A stretch of DNA of 64,000 nt, taken from assembly GCA_963758635.1 (NCBI GenBank), contig CAVWWD010000006.1:192001-256000 (forward strand), written 5' to 3'. This document shows, in pieces, positions 33,540-44,355 of this stretch (positions are counted from its first letter, which is position 1; each line of letters starts with the position of its first letter). Position numbers and translations under genes: made by a program. The notes beneath the pieces were generated by a model. That model searched no databases. It saw nothing but the letters and a program-made list of their open reading frames with translations, and was not told the DNA's origin. This DNA is from an uncultured Candidatus Rokubacteria bacterium (lineage in GTDB: Bacteria; Methylomirabilota; Methylomirabilia; Rokubacteriales; CSP1-6).

Positions 33540-34544
33540 TCAGCGGAACGCGGGCATCACGCTCTCGGCGAGCAGGCGGATCGTGCGGAGGACCTTCGCC
33601 TGCTCCATCCCCGGCCACTGGATGCGGAAGATGAAGGTGTTCACGCTCAGCTCGTCGACGTAGCGCCGGAGCTCGCGGACGCAGTCGTCGGGATCGCCGA
33701 TGACGAAGCGATCGCGCACCAGCTCCTCGAAGGCCAGGTCGAAGTGGTCCCCGCGCGGCAGCGCCTTGTCCTGCCCCCACGACGCGTAGGCGTTGTACTT
33801 CGCCTCCAGGAACGGCCGGCACTCCGCGAGCGCGGCGCGACGGTCCGGCGCCACGTACAGCTCCTTGATGATGGGCAGCTCGGCGGGGAACGGCTTGCCC
33901 TCGTCGGCGAGCGCCTTCCGGTAGATGGCCATCTGCTCGCGCAGGATCGAGAGCTTGGCGTGCGGGTTGATCACCCACGCGTCGGCCATGCGCGCCGCGC
34001 GCGCCACCGCGGCGTCGTTGTTTGCCGCGAACCAGAGGGGCGGGTGGGGCTTCTGGACGGGCTTGAGGGCCAGCCGCGCGCCCGTGAGCCGGTAGAAACG
34101 GCCGTGGTGGGTCACCTCGTCCTCGGTCCACAGGCGCCGGATCACCTCGAGGCTCTCGACGAGGCGGGGCACGCGCTCCTTCGCCTGCACGCCGAACGCC
34201 TCGTACTCCTGGTCGCGATAGCCGAGCCCGGCGCCGAAGACGAAGCGGCCCTCGGTGATGACGTTGAGGGTCGCCACCTGCTCGGCCACGTCGACCGGGT
34301 TCAGCAGCGGCAGCAGCAGCACGGTCGCGCCCACGCGCATCGTGCCGGCTTCCGCGGCGAGGCGCGCCAGCGCGGGCAGCGTCTGCAGCTCCTGGAACGG
34401 CGTGGAGAGGTAGTGCTGGCCCATCACCACGATGTCGAACCCGGCGTCGCGCGCGGCGCGCACCTGGTCCACGTGCTCGCGGAACCGCTCGACCATGGAC
34501 ACGCCGGGCGGGTGCTGCTTGGCGACGATCAGTCCGAAGCGCAT
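33540..34544 (-). CDS. LLM-class flavin-dependent oxidoreductase
   Basis: MRFGL, GQHYL, NPVDVAEQVATL, GRFVFGAGLGYR, KPVQKPHPPLW. Confidence 0.88.
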   Translation of the reverse strand: MRFGLIVAKQHPPGVSMVERFREHVDQVRAARDAGFDIVVMGQHYLSTPFQELQTLPALARLAAEAGTMRVGATVLLLPLLNPVDVAEQVATLNVITEGRFVFGAGLGYRDQEYEAFGVQAKERVPRLVESLEVIRRLWTEDEVTHHGRFYRLTGARLALKPVQKPHPPLWFAANNDAAVARAARMADAWVINPHAKLSILREQMAIYRKALADEGKPFPAELPIIKELYVAPDRRAALAECRPFLEAKYNAYASWGQDKALPRGDHFDLAFEELVRDRFVIGDPDDCVRELRRYVDELSVNTFIFRIQWPGMEQAKVLRTIRLLAESVMPAFR

Positions 34545-34790
34545 GGGGCCTCCTTTGGACTCGCGCGAGCGCTTCCCGCGCGTAGTGCACGGCGACCGAC
34601 CCCACAAGCCGCGCCGGCGCGTCGGTCGTGTCGCAGTCTGAGGCGGCCGATTCGAGCGGTTCCACCGAACTGATCGACTCCACGTCGCGCGGGGCCGTCG
34701 TCGGACGGGCGGAGCCTGTGCTAGCCTGTCGGGCGGTGAAGCGCGGCCTCGACGTCCCTCGGACCCTCGCAGACCAGGAGGAAGATCAGC

Positions 34791-35726
34791 ATGAGCACCA
34801 ATCGCGCCGTCGTGGTCGTTCCCGAAGCGCCCGGCCGCCTCGCCATCCAGCCGGTGCCGTTGCCCGCCCCGGACCGCGGCGAAGCGGTCGTGCGCGTGCA
34901 CGCCATCTCGCTGAACCGGGGCGAGGTGCGCCGCTCGGGCCAGGCCGCCGCGGGCTGGCGTCCCGGCTGGGACCTGGCCGGGGTCGTCGAGACGGCGGCG
35001 GCCGACGGGTCGGGACCGCAGGTCGGCGCGCGCGTCGTCGGCCTCCTGAACGAGGGCGCCTGGGCCGAGCGCGTCGCCGTGCCCACGCGCCACCTCGCGG
35101 CGCTGCCCGACAAGGTGACCTTCTCGCAGGCCGCGACGTTCCCGGTGGCCGGGCTCACCGCGCTCTATGCGCTGGCGCGCGGCGGGCTCGCGCTCGGATC
35201 CCGCGTGCTCGTGACGGGCGCAACGGGCGGCGTGGGCGACTTCGCCGTGCAGCTCGCGCGGCTGGCCGGCGCGCACGTCACCGCGAGCGTGCGCCGGGCC
35301 GATCAGGCGGGGACGGTCCGCGCGCTCGGCGCCCACGACGTCATCGTCGGCGACGACATCCCGGCCAGCCCGAAGCACGACGTGGTCATCGAGTCGGTGG
35401 GCGGCCGCACGCTCGGCGGAGCGCTCGGCGCGCTGACCGCGGGCGGGGTCTGCGTCACGCTCGGCGTGTCGGCGACCAGCGAGGTCACCTTCGACGCGCG
35501 CCAGTTCTTCGTCACGGGCCGCACGACGCTCTACGGCTTCTACCTCTTCACCGAGTTCGCCGGCCAGCCAGCGTCGCAGGGCCTCGCCCGCCTGGCCGAC
35601 CTGGTGGCCGCCGGCCAGCTCGCGCCGCATATCAGCGTGGAACGGCCGTGGACCGACATCTCCGCGGTGGCGCAGGACCTGATGGCCCGGCGCTTCCCGG
35701 GCAAGGCCGTGCTGACCCTCGTCTAG
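34791..35726 (+). CDS. MDR-family (quinone oxidoreductase-like) dehydrogenase
   Basis: SLNRGE, PGWDLAG, VAGLTA, VTGATGGVG, GKAVL. Confidence 0.85.
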   Translation: MSTNRAVVVVPEAPGRLAIQPVPLPAPDRGEAVVRVHAISLNRGEVRRSGQAAAGWRPGWDLAGVVETAAADGSGPQVGARVVGLLNEGAWAERVAVPTRHLAALPDKVTFSQAATFPVAGLTALYALARGGLALGSRVLVTGATGGVGDFAVQLARLAGAHVTASVRRADQAGTVRALGAHDVIVGDDIPASPKHDVVIESVGGRTLGGALGALTAGGVCVTLGVSATSEVTFDARQFFVTGRTTLYGFYLFTEFAGQPASQGLARLADLVAAGQLAPHISVERPWTDISAVAQDLMARRFPGKAVLTLV

Positions 35727-35750
35727 CAAGCGATCCCCGGGGTAATTCCG

Positions 35751-37391
35751 ATGAGCGCGGCCCGCGGACGCGGTTCACGACCTGCGGGAGGGGTACCGTC
35801 CGGCCGGACGATGGGCCGGCGACGGTTCCTGGGCGGGGCGCTCGCCCTCGCGACGGCGGGGCTCGCGACGCGGACGAGCTTCGCAGACGAGCCGCCGGCG
35901 CGGCCGGCGGGGCCCCTCGGCGCGCCGGCCTGGTCCGGTGGCTCACCCTTCACCCTCGGGGTGGCGTCCGGCTATCCGCTCCCGACCGGCGTGGTCCTCT
36001 GGACGCGGCTGGCGCCCGCGCCGCTCATCCCGGGCGGCGGCATGCCGCGGGAGACGGTGCCCGTCGACTGGGAGGTCGCCACCGACGACCGCATGGCGAA
36101 CGTCGTGCGGCACGGCACGGCGGTGGCCTCTCCGGACTGGGCGCATGCGGTGCACGTGGAGGTGGAGGGGCTCGAGCCGGGTCGCTGGTACTGGTACCGG
36201 TTCCGTGCGAGCGGCGAGGTGAGCGCGATCGGCCGCACGCGCACCGCGCCCGCCGCCGGCGCCGTGCCCGACCGCCTCCGCTTCGCCTTCGCGTCCTGCC
36301 AGCACTGGGAGCAGGGCTACTTCGGCGCCTACCCCCATCTGGTCGCCGACGATCCCGACCTCGTCGTGTTCCTCGGCGACTACATCTACGAGTCCGCCAG
36401 GAGCCGCGAGACGGTCCGCAAGTTCGGCGCGCCGGAGCCCCGCACGCTGGAGGACTACCGCGCGCGTCACGCGCTGTACAAGACGGATCGCGACCTGCAG
36501 GCCGCGCACGCCGCGTGCCCGTGGGTGGTGACGTGGGACGATCACGAGGTCGCCAACGACTACGCGGACGATCGCTCCCAGGACCTGCAGCCCCGCGAGC
36601 AGTTCCTGGCGCGGCGGGCCGCCGCCTACCGCGCCTACTACGAGCACATGCCGCTCCGACGGGAGATGGCGCCCACCGGGCCCCACATGCGGCTCTTCTC
36701 GCGGGTGGCCTTCGGCAACCTCGCCCAGTTCCACCTGCTCGACGACCGTCAATACCGCACGTACCAGCCGTGCGCGCCGCCCGGCCGCGGGGGCTCGACC
36801 ACCGTCGAGGACTGCGCGGAGCGCCTCGACCACCGCCAGACCATGCTCGGCATGGCGCAGGAGCGCTGGCTCGAGGCTGGCCTCGACGGGTCCCAGGCGC
36901 GCTGGAACGTCGTCGGCCAGCAGACGCTGATGGCCCAGCTCGACCGCAACCCGGGGACCGGCCAGCAGTTCTGGACCGACGGCTGGGACGGCTACCCGCT
37001 GGCCCGCCGGCGCCTCCTCGACTATCTCGGCGCGCGCAAGCCGTCGAACCCCGTCGTCATCGGGGGCGACGTGCACTCGTTCTGGGTGACCGACCTCCGG
37101 CCCGACTTCGACGACGCGCGCTCGCCCGTGGTGGCCACGGAGCTCGCGGGCACCTCGATCACGTCGCGTTTCCCGGTGGGCCAGACGCTCCTCGAGATGG
37201 TGCTCGGCGACAACCCGCACGTCCGGTTCGCGAACGGCACCCGCCGCGGCTACGTGCGCGTCGACGTCACGTCCCGGCGCCTCCGGGCGGACTTCCGGGC
37301 GCTGCGCAGCGTGACCCAGCCGCGCAGCGAGATCGACACGCTGGCCTCGTTCGTCGTGGAGGACGGCCGCCCCGGCGCCGTCCGATCCTGA
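35751..37391 (+). CDS. phoD: Alkaline phosphatase D, Tat-exported
   Basis: GRRRFL Tat motif, FTLGVASG, GDYIYE, WDDHEVAND, DGWDGY, GDVHS. Confidence 0.9.
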   Translation: MSAARGRGSRPAGGVPSGRTMGRRRFLGGALALATAGLATRTSFADEPPARPAGPLGAPAWSGGSPFTLGVASGYPLPTGVVLWTRLAPAPLIPGGGMPRETVPVDWEVATDDRMANVVRHGTAVASPDWAHAVHVEVEGLEPGRWYWYRFRASGEVSAIGRTRTAPAAGAVPDRLRFAFASCQHWEQGYFGAYPHLVADDPDLVVFLGDYIYESARSRETVRKFGAPEPRTLEDYRARHALYKTDRDLQAAHAACPWVVTWDDHEVANDYADDRSQDLQPREQFLARRAAAYRAYYEHMPLRREMAPTGPHMRLFSRVAFGNLAQFHLLDDRQYRTYQPCAPPGRGGSTTVEDCAERLDHRQTMLGMAQERWLEAGLDGSQARWNVVGQQTLMAQLDRNPGTGQQFWTDGWDGYPLARRRLLDYLGARKPSNPVVIGGDVHSFWVTDLRPDFDDARSPVVATELAGTSITSRFPVGQTLLEMVLGDNPHVRFANGTRRGYVRVDVTSRRLRADFRALRSVTQPRSEIDTLASFVVEDGRPGAVRS

Positions 37392-37392
37392 A

Positions 37393-37444
37393 AACCCTCT
37401 CCCCTCGGGGGAGAGGGCAGGGTGAGGGGCGGTAGCAACAGCAC
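37393..37444 (+). repeat. REP-like repeat CCCTCTCCC..GGGAGAGGGCAGGGTGAGGGG
   Basis: Related copies at 38720-38774 (direct), 38811-38848 (inverted) and a partial copy at about 31969-31989. Confidence 0.75.
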
Positions 37445-37530
37445 ACGCCGTGACGCTCCCAACGCGAGAATCCCGGGGTGATGACGCGGCGCGCGGTATA
37501 GTCGAGGCCGAGACCTCCAGGAGGGCGCCG

Positions 37531-38721
37531 ATGGCCGACGTGTCGTTGAACCTGATGGACCCGGAGTTCGTCGCCAACCCCTACCCGACCTATCACCGGC
37601 TCCGCGCCGAGGACCCGGTGCACCGGAGCCCGCTGGGCTTCTGGGTGCTCACCCGCTACGAGGACGTGGTGGCCTCGCTGCGCGATCCGCGCTTCGGCAA
37701 GGAAGCGATCGCCAGCTACATCGCCGCGCGCCTCGGCTACGCCCCGCCCGGCATCGGGCTGTCCATGCTCGACCGCGATCCGCCGGACCACACGCGGCTG
37801 CGCGGGCTCGTGAGCAAGGCGTTCACCCCGCGCGTGGTCGACGGGCTCCGGCCCCACATCCAGGACATCGTGAACGGGCTCCTCGACCGCGTGCAGGGCG
37901 AGGGCGCCATGGACCTGATCGAGGACTTCGCCTATCCCCTGCCCGTCATCGTCATCTGCGAGATGCTCGGCGTTCCCGTCGCCGACCGTGACCGCTTCAA
38001 GGGCTGGGGGCTCGACATCGCGCGGGGCCTGGACGGGATCCTGCTGCCCCCGGACTCGGACGTGGCCAAGCAAAGCATCGACTCGCGCCAGGCCCTGGCC
38101 GGCTACTTCCGCGAGCTGATCGCCGAGCGCCGGCAGAGTCCGCGCGACGACATGCTCTCCGGGCTCATCGCCGCGGAGGAGGCGGGCGACAAGCTCAACG
38201 AGAACGAGCTGCTCGCCACCTGCATCCTGCTCCTCGTGGCCGGCCACGAGACCACCGTGAACCTCATCGGCAACGGGAGCCTCGCCCTCCTGCGCCACCC
38301 CGCGGAGCTCCGCCGGCTGCGCGAGAACCCGTCCCTGATCGGCAGCGCGGTGGAGGAGCTGCTGCGCTACGACGGCCCCGTGCAGCGGACCGCGCGCGTG
38401 CCCAGCGAGGACGTGACGGTGGGCGGGAAGACCATCGGCAAGGGCGAGATGGTGATGCCGTTCATCGGCGCCGCCGACCGCGATCCCGCGCAGTTCCCCG
38501 AGCCGGATCGGCTCGACATCACGCGCGGCGACAACCGGCACATCGCCTTCGGGTGGGGGATCCACTTCTGCCTGGGCGCGCCGCTCGCGCGGATCGAGGG
38601 CGCGACCGCCATCAACACGCTGGCGCAGCGGATGCCCAAGCTCGCGCTGGCCACCGACAAGCCCGAGCACCGCCAGAGCCTGACCCTGCGAGGCCTCAGC
38701 GCGCTGCCCGTGACCTTTTAA
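37531..38721 (+). CDS. Cytochrome P450
   Basis: DPPDHTRLR, AGHETT, EELLR, FGWGIHFCLG. Confidence 0.95.
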   Translation: MADVSLNLMDPEFVANPYPTYHRLRAEDPVHRSPLGFWVLTRYEDVVASLRDPRFGKEAIASYIAARLGYAPPGIGLSMLDRDPPDHTRLRGLVSKAFTPRVVDGLRPHIQDIVNGLLDRVQGEGAMDLIEDFAYPLPVIVICEMLGVPVADRDRFKGWGLDIARGLDGILLPPDSDVAKQSIDSRQALAGYFRELIAERRQSPRDDMLSGLIAAEEAGDKLNENELLATCILLLVAGHETTVNLIGNGSLALLRHPAELRRLRENPSLIGSAVEELLRYDGPVQRTARVPSEDVTVGGKTIGKGEMVMPFIGAADRDPAQFPEPDRLDITRGDNRHIAFGWGIHFCLGAPLARIEGATAINTLAQRMPKLALATDKPEHRQSLTLRGLSALPVTF

Positions 38722-38848
38722 CCCTCTCCCCCTTCTGGGGGAGAGGGCAGGGTGAGGGGCGGTAGCACAAGCACGAGGGCGGACGAAGACGGGAGTTCGT
38801 AGGTCGACCGACCCTCACCCCGGCCCTCTCCCTGGAAGGGAGAGGGGG
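38720..38848. repeat. Inverted pair of REP-like repeats between the P450 gene and clpX
   Basis: GAGAGGGCAGGGTGAGGG versus CCCTCACCCCGGCCCTCTC. Confidence 0.7.
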
Positions 38849-38855
38849 ACCTGCT

Positions 38856-40112
38856 CTACGCGGACTGCTCCTTCTGCTCCGAGATCAGGATGGGGCGGTC
38901 CTTGTTCAGGATGACCTCGCGCGTGATCATGCACTCCTTGAGCCCCGGGATCGACGGGAGCTCGTACATGATCTCGAGCATGACCTCCTCGAGCACCGCG
39001 CGCAGGCCGCGCGCGCCGGTGCCGCGCTTCATCGCCTCGCGCGACACCGCGGCGACCGCGTCGTCGGTGAACTTCAGGCGCACGCGCTCGAGCTCGAAGT
39101 ACTTCTGGTACTGCTTGATGATCGCGTTCTTCGGCTCGCGGAGGATGCGGACGAGCGCGGCCTCGTCGAGGTCGTGGAGGGTGGCCACCACGGGCAGGCG
39201 CCCGACGAACTCCGGGATCATCCCGTACTTCAGCAGGTCCTCGGGCTGCACCATCAGGAGCAGGTCGCCCACGCGCCGGTCGTCGCGGCTCTTCACGTCG
39301 GCGCCGAAGCCCATGCCGCTCCGGCCCACGCGGTTCTCCACGATCTTGTCCAGCCCCACGAAGGCGCCGCCGCAGATGAACAGCACGTTGGTGGTGTCGA
39401 CCTGGATGAACTCCTGGTGCGGGTGCTTGCGGCCGCCCTGGGGCGGCACGTTGGCCACCGTGCCCTCGAGGATCTTCAGCAGCGCCTGCTGCACGCCCTC
39501 GCCCGACACGTCGCGCGTGATCGAGGGGTTCTCGCTCTTCCGCGCGATCTTGTCGATCTCGTCGATGTAGACGATGCCGCGCTGGGCGCGCTCCACGTCG
39601 TAGTCCGCGGCCTGGAGGAGGCGGAGGATGATGTTCTCCACGTCCTCGCCCACGTAGCCGGCCTCGGTGAGCGTGGTCGCGTCGGCGATCGTGAACGGGA
39701 CCTGGAGCATCTTGGCGAGGGTCTGGGCGAGGAGCGTCTTGCCCGAGCCCGTCGGGCCCACGAGGAGGATGTTGGCCTTCTGCAGCTCGACCTCCCCGGC
39801 CTCGGAGCCGGCCTCGATGCGCTTGTAGTGGTTGTGGACGGCGACGGCGAGGATCTTCTTGGCCCGGTCCTGCCCGACCACGTACTGGTCGAGCACGGTC
39901 TTGATCTCCGAGGGCTTCGGGAGGCTCCGGATCTCCCGGCTCTTCTCCTCCTCCCACTCCTCCGCGATGATGTCGTTGCAGAGCTCGATGCACTCGTCGC
40001 AGATGTACACCGTGGGGCCGGCGATGAGCTTGCGGACGTCGTTCTGGCTCTTGCCGCAGAACGAGCACTTCAGCGCGCCGCCGCTGCCGCCGCTGTCGCG
40101 CGTGCGCGCCAT
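38856..40112 (-). CDS. clpX: ATP-dependent Clp protease ATP-binding subunit
   Basis: CSFCGKSQ zinc finger, [34 protein letters not shown]. Confidence 0.98.
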   Translation of the reverse strand: MARTRDSGGSGGALKCSFCGKSQNDVRKLIAGPTVYICDECIELCNDIIAEEWEEEKSREIRSLPKPSEIKTVLDQYVVGQDRAKKILAVAVHNHYKRIEAGSEAGEVELQKANILLVGPTGSGKTLLAQTLAKMLQVPFTIADATTLTEAGYVGEDVENIILRLLQAADYDVERAQRGIVYIDEIDKIARKSENPSITRDVSGEGVQQALLKILEGTVANVPPQGGRKHPHQEFIQVDTTNVLFICGGAFVGLDKIVENRVGRSGMGFGADVKSRDDRRVGDLLLMVQPEDLLKYGMIPEFVGRLPVVATLHDLDEAALVRILREPKNAIIKQYQKYFELERVRLKFTDDAVAAVSREAMKRGTGARGLRAVLEEVMLEIMYELPSIPGLKECMITREVILNKDRPILISEQKEQSA

Positions 40113-40121
40113 GGGACGCCG

Positions 40122-40745
40122 CTACCTCGCCGCCACCGCCGTGTCGGGCACCGACCGCGGCGTCGGCTTGGACGAGATCACCTCGTCGACGATGCGGTAC
40201 TCCTTCGCCTGCTCCGCGGTCATGAAGAAGTCGCGGTCGGTGTCCTTGGTGATCTTGGTCATGTCCTGCCCGGTGTGGTGGACGAGGATGCGGTTGAGCT
40301 CCTCGCGCATGCGGAGGATCTCGCGGGCCTGGATGTCGATGTCGGTGGCCTGCCCCTGCACGCCGCCCAGCGGCTGGTGGATCATGATGCGGGCGTGCGG
40401 CAGCGCGAAGCGCTTGCCCTTCGCGCCCGCGGTGAGGAGCAGCGCGCCCATCGAGGCCGCCTGCCCCATGCAGATGGTGGACACGTCGGGCTTCACGTAC
40501 TGCATGGTGTCGTAGATGGCCATGCCCGCGGTCACCGACCCGCCCGGCGAGTTGATGTACAGGTTGATGTCCTTGTCGGGATCGTCGGCCTCGAGGAAGA
40601 GCATCTGCGCGATCACGAGGTTGGCGATCTCGTCCTCGATGTACGTCGGGAGGAAGATGATCCGCTCCTTGAGGAGGCGGGAGAAGATGTCGAACGCGCG
40701 CTCGCCGCGGGGCGTCTGCTCGACCACCATCGGAACCAGACCCAT
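40122..40745 (-). CDS. clpP: Clp protease proteolytic subunit
   Basis: [28 protein letters not shown]. Confidence 0.97.
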   Translation of the reverse strand: MGLVPMVVEQTPRGERAFDIFSRLLKERIIFLPTYIEDEIANLVIAQMLFLEADDPDKDINLYINSPGGSVTAGMAIYDTMQYVKPDVSTICMGQAASMGALLLTAGAKGKRFALPHARIMIHQPLGGVQGQATDIDIQAREILRMREELNRILVHHTGQDMTKITKDTDRDFFMTAEQAKEYRIVDEVISSKPTPRSVPDTAVAAR

Positions 40746-40780
40746 CGGACGTCTCCTTGCCATGGCGGCAGTAATATAAC

Positions 40781-42049
40781 TCAGGCCGTGACCCGGGCCC
40801 GCTCGATCAAGAGGTCCATCACCCGCCGCTCTCGCATCGAGAAGCGCAGGCTGTCCAGGTCACCGCTCTGCTCCATCATACGACGCACCGCCGGGGCCGG
40901 CCGCTGGCTCGCCTGGGCGATGCGCTCGACCTCCGCGTCCACGTCCGCGTCGCCCGGCATGAGGCCTTCCTTCTCGGCGATGGCCTCGAGGAGGAGCGTG
41001 CGGCGGACGGCCTTCTCCGCCCCCGGCCGCATCTCCTCCAGCAGCTTCTTGTAGTCCCACGGGAGCTTGTCGGGGTCCACGCCCTGGCGCCGCACGCGCT
41101 CGCGCGCGTGCTCGATGGCGTGGCCGACCTGGCGGAGGACCAGGGCCTCCGGGACCTGGAACGGATGCGCGGTGAGGAGGGCCTCCGCCACCGCCTCTTC
41201 GAGGCCGGCGCGGTTCTCGCGCTCCCGGCGCGCCTCCAGCTCCTTCCGGGCCTCGCCGCGGAGCGCCTCCAGCGTCTCGAAGGCGCCCACCGTCTTGGCG
41301 AAGTCGTCGTCGAGCGTGGGGAGCACCTTCTCCTTCACCTCGCGCACGGTCACGGTGGCGTCGCCGGACTTGCCGCGGATGGCCTCCGTGCGGTGATCGT
41401 CGGGGAACCGGACCCGCGCCTGGCGCGTCCCGCCCGGGACGAGGCCGATGATGGCCTCCTCCAGCTCCGGCATCACCTGCCCCTGGCCGAGCATGATGGG
41501 GTAGCCGGTCTCGCTCCGGGGCTCCATGCCCTCGGGCGTCAGCGTGTAGTCGACCATCACGAGGTCGCCCAGGTCGGCGGCGCGCTCGACGGCGCGGAAC
41601 TCCGCGTGCTGCTCACGGAGCTGGGAGAGCGCCTCGTCCACCTCGCTCTCGCCGAACGGCTTGGGGGTGTGGCTCACCGCCACGCCGCTGTACTCGCCGA
41701 GCTCGATGGCGGGCTTGATCTCCACGACGGCCGAGAAGGACAGCGGGGCGTCCTCCTCGAGGCGGACCTCCTGCAGGTCCGGCTCCTCCACCGGCTTGAT
41801 CTGGGTCTCGGCCAGCGCCTGCCGGTACACGTCGGGGATGAGGTTGCGGGCCACCTCCTGCTTGACGTCGTCCGCGAAGTGGATCTTGATCATGCTCCGC
41901 GGCACCTTGCCCTTGCGAAACCCGGGCAGCTTGGCCTCCCGCTGGACGCGGTTGAAGGCCCGCTCCCACGCCTCCCGGACCACGTCCGGGGTCTCCTCGA
42001 CCTGCAGCCGCCGCTTGCAGGCGCCGATCTCCTCGATCTCGACTTTCAT
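40781..42049 (-). CDS. tig: Trigger factor
   Basis: GFRKGKVP signature; LDDDFAK; tig-clpP-clpX order. Confidence 0.95.
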   Translation of the reverse strand: MKVEIEEIGACKRRLQVEETPDVVREAWERAFNRVQREAKLPGFRKGKVPRSMIKIHFADDVKQEVARNLIPDVYRQALAETQIKPVEEPDLQEVRLEEDAPLSFSAVVEIKPAIELGEYSGVAVSHTPKPFGESEVDEALSQLREQHAEFRAVERAADLGDLVMVDYTLTPEGMEPRSETGYPIMLGQGQVMPELEEAIIGLVPGGTRQARVRFPDDHRTEAIRGKSGDATVTVREVKEKVLPTLDDDFAKTVGAFETLEALRGEARKELEARRERENRAGLEEAVAEALLTAHPFQVPEALVLRQVGHAIEHARERVRRQGVDPDKLPWDYKKLLEEMRPGAEKAVRRTLLLEAIAEKEGLMPGDADVDAEVERIAQASQRPAPAVRRMMEQSGDLDSLRFSMRERRVMDLLIERARVTA

Positions 42050-42134
42050 GCGTCCTCTCTGACGTTGTGATGATGCGCGGCTCAAGCGGCCCGGTCGCGC
42101 GCCGCCCGGGGATCACCGCTGCCCGGCTGAGGGT

Positions 42135-42220
42135 TGGTGCGAGAGGGGGGACTCGAACCCCCACGGGATTGACCCTCTGGATCCTAAGTCCAGCGCGTCT
42201 GCCAGTTCCGCCACTCTCGC
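42135..42220 (-). tRNA. tRNA-Leu (anticodon TAG), CCA encoded
   Basis: GCGAGAG acceptor stem, D arm GGCGGAACTGGCAGACGC, CTGGA-CTTAGGA-TCCAG, long variable arm, GGGGGTTCGAGTCCCCC, ACCA. Confidence 0.97.
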
Positions 42221-42500
42221 ACGGATCGCGCCGATGTCGATCGGGACACCGCCGCTCATCCGGGTCCATCCGGCTCGTCATCGGAGCCCCGAGACCACGA
42301 GAACGGGGGGAACGCCGAACGTCACGGACTCGGACCGGGCGGGCGGCTCGACCAAGGATAGCACAGGGCTCCGGGGTCACCGCGGGCGCCGGGCGGCACG
42401 CAACCCCGGGCGGGCGGGCGCCCGTATACCTTGCTTGACGGGCCCGATGCCCCCCTCTACGCTCGCCGTGGAGCCGACTCGGCAGCCCCTCGAGGCCACG

Positions 42501-43034
42501 ATGAATCCCCGAAAGCCGCAGGCAGATCCGTTCGCCCGCCTCGCCGGGGTCGCGCTGGCCGCGACCCTGGCGATCGGCGTCACGGACGCGGCCGGCCAGA
42601 GGCTCTACCGCTGGACGGACGAGGCCGGCGAGACGCACATCACCAACGACCCCGACCAGGTGCCCGAGCGCTTCCGGCCCAAGGCGCCGCCGCCCCCCGA
42701 GCCGCGAACCAGCGTGCGCGGCGCGGTGGAATCGCTCCGGGCCATCGCCGACCTGCTCTCCGAGGACCCGGCTCACGAGGACTACATGACCAGGATGACC
42801 GAAGCGCGGCTGGCGGTGGGCGGCGTCCTTCCCGCGCTCGAGCGGGGCGCGCTCCGCACCGCGCTGACGGACGCCCTCCGCTGCTACAACGAGGCGGCCG
42901 AGCTCTGGGACAACCAGCTCAAGGTGCGCAGGAACTTCGACCTCCCGCTCAACCTGACGCCGATCCGCCGCGCGTGGTCGTGCGGCGTCGAGAAGACCGG
43001 CGACGCCGAGCGCCTGCTCGGCGCGCGCCGCTGA
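42501..43034 (+). CDS. DUF4124-domain exported protein
   Basis: Signal peptide then LYRWTDEAGETHITNDPDQVP. Confidence 0.75.
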   Translation: MNPRKPQADPFARLAGVALAATLAIGVTDAAGQRLYRWTDEAGETHITNDPDQVPERFRPKAPPPPEPRTSVRGAVESLRAIADLLSEDPAHEDYMTRMTEARLAVGGVLPALERGALRTALTDALRCYNEAAELWDNQLKVRRNFDLPLNLTPIRRAWSCGVEKTGDAERLLGARR

Positions 43035-43044
43035 GGACGCGCCG

Positions 43045-44250
43045 ATGAGCGTGCTCCAGGGGATCCGCGTGCTGGACGTGGGGAGCTGGATCGCCGCCCC
43101 CGCCGCCGCCACCATCATGTCCGACTTCGGGGCCAGCGTGATCAAGGTGGAGCCGCCGGGCCGCGGCGATCCGTACCGGGCGCTCGCCCGCCGCCCGGGC
43201 ATGCCCCAGAGCGACGTCGACTATTGCTGGCTCCTCGACGCCCGCAACAAGCGGAGCCTCGCCCTCGACCTGTCCGTGCCCGAGGCGCGCGAGGTGCTGT
43301 ACGCGCTGGTCGAGCGCGCCGACGTGTTCCTGACCAACCTCCAGCCGAGCGCGCTCGCCCGGCTCCACCTCACGTGGGAGGAGCTGACGGCGCGGAACCC
43401 GCGGCTCGTGTATGCATCCCTGACCGGCTACGGCGACACCGGGGAGGAGGCCAACAAGCCGGGCTTCGACAGCAACGCGTGGTGGGCCCGCTCCGGCCTG
43501 ATGGAGCTGATGCGCCCGACCGGCGGGATGCCGCCGGGCTCCGTACCCGGCATGGGCGACCATCCGACCGCGCTCGCCATGTTCGGCGCGATCATGATGG
43601 CGCTCTACCACCGGGAGCGCACGGGCCAGGGAAGCAAGGTGTCGTCCTCGCTCATGGCCAACGGCGCCTGGGCCAACGCCTGCTTCATCCAGGCCGCGCT
43701 CTGCGGCGCCCAGTTCATGGAGCGCCGCCCGCGCGACCAGGCGCGCAACGCGCTGGCCAACATCTACCAGTGCCGGGACGGGCGCTGGTTCATGCTCTCG
43801 CTCCTGAGCGAGGAGCGGGAATGGCCGCGGCTCTGCGAGGCGATCGGGCGTCACGAGCTCGCCCGCGATCCTCGCTTCTCCACGGCGGCCGCGCGCCTCG
43901 CCAACTCCGTGGCCCTCGTCGCCGTGCTGGACGCGCTGTTCGCCACCAGGAACTGGGCGGACTGGCAGGTCGCGCTCCGCACCCAGGACATCACGTTCGG
44001 GGTCGTGGCCCGGCTGGGCGACCTGGCGGGCGACGCGCAGATGGCGGCGACGGGGACGCTGGTGCCGTTCGAGGACGCGGGCATCCCCGGGCTGCGCACG
44101 GTGATGAGCCCCATCCAGATGACGGGCGTGGAGAAGGCGAAGCCGCGTCGCGCCCCGTCGATCGGCGAGCACACGGAGGAGATCCTCGGCGCGCTCGGCT
44201 ACGACGCTGCCGCCATCGCGCGGCTGCGCGCGCGTCGCGCGATCGGCTGA
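43045..44250 (+). CDS. CaiB/BaiF family III CoA-transferase
   Basis: LQGIRVLD, VIKVEPPGRGD, RNKRSLALDL, RERTGQG, APSIGEHT. Confidence 0.92.
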   Translation: MSVLQGIRVLDVGSWIAAPAAATIMSDFGASVIKVEPPGRGDPYRALARRPGMPQSDVDYCWLLDARNKRSLALDLSVPEAREVLYALVERADVFLTNLQPSALARLHLTWEELTARNPRLVYASLTGYGDTGEEANKPGFDSNAWWARSGLMELMRPTGGMPPGSVPGMGDHPTALAMFGAIMMALYHRERTGQGSKVSSSLMANGAWANACFIQAALCGAQFMERRPRDQARNALANIYQCRDGRWFMLSLLSEEREWPRLCEAIGRHELARDPRFSTAAARLANSVALVAVLDALFATRNWADWQVALRTQDITFGVVARLGDLAGDAQMAATGTLVPFEDAGIPGLRTVMSPIQMTGVEKAKPRRAPSIGEHTEEILGALGYDAAAIARLRARRAIG

Positions 44251-44355
44251 CGCGGGCGCATGGGGGCCGAGGCGCCTCGGCCAGGAGGCCCATCACGATG
44301 AATTCCGGGACTTCGCCCTCCACCGACACCGCCTCCGTCCCAGGAAGAGGCGAGA

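Noticed and set aside
34628..37435. Very long alternative-frame and antisense ORFs (also 9801-11801, 39174-41054, 49149-51785)
   Set aside because: These are R/G/P/A-rich shadows of real genes, expected at this GC content.
33190..38850. CRISPR array
   Set aside because: The repeats are palindromic, few and irregularly spaced, with no spacers or cas genes.
42135..42220. tRNA with 'TAG' anticodon as an amber suppressor for rhlB
   Set aside because: Anticodon UAG reads CUA/CUG (Leu); a suppressor needs CUA. Its position before tig is ordinary.
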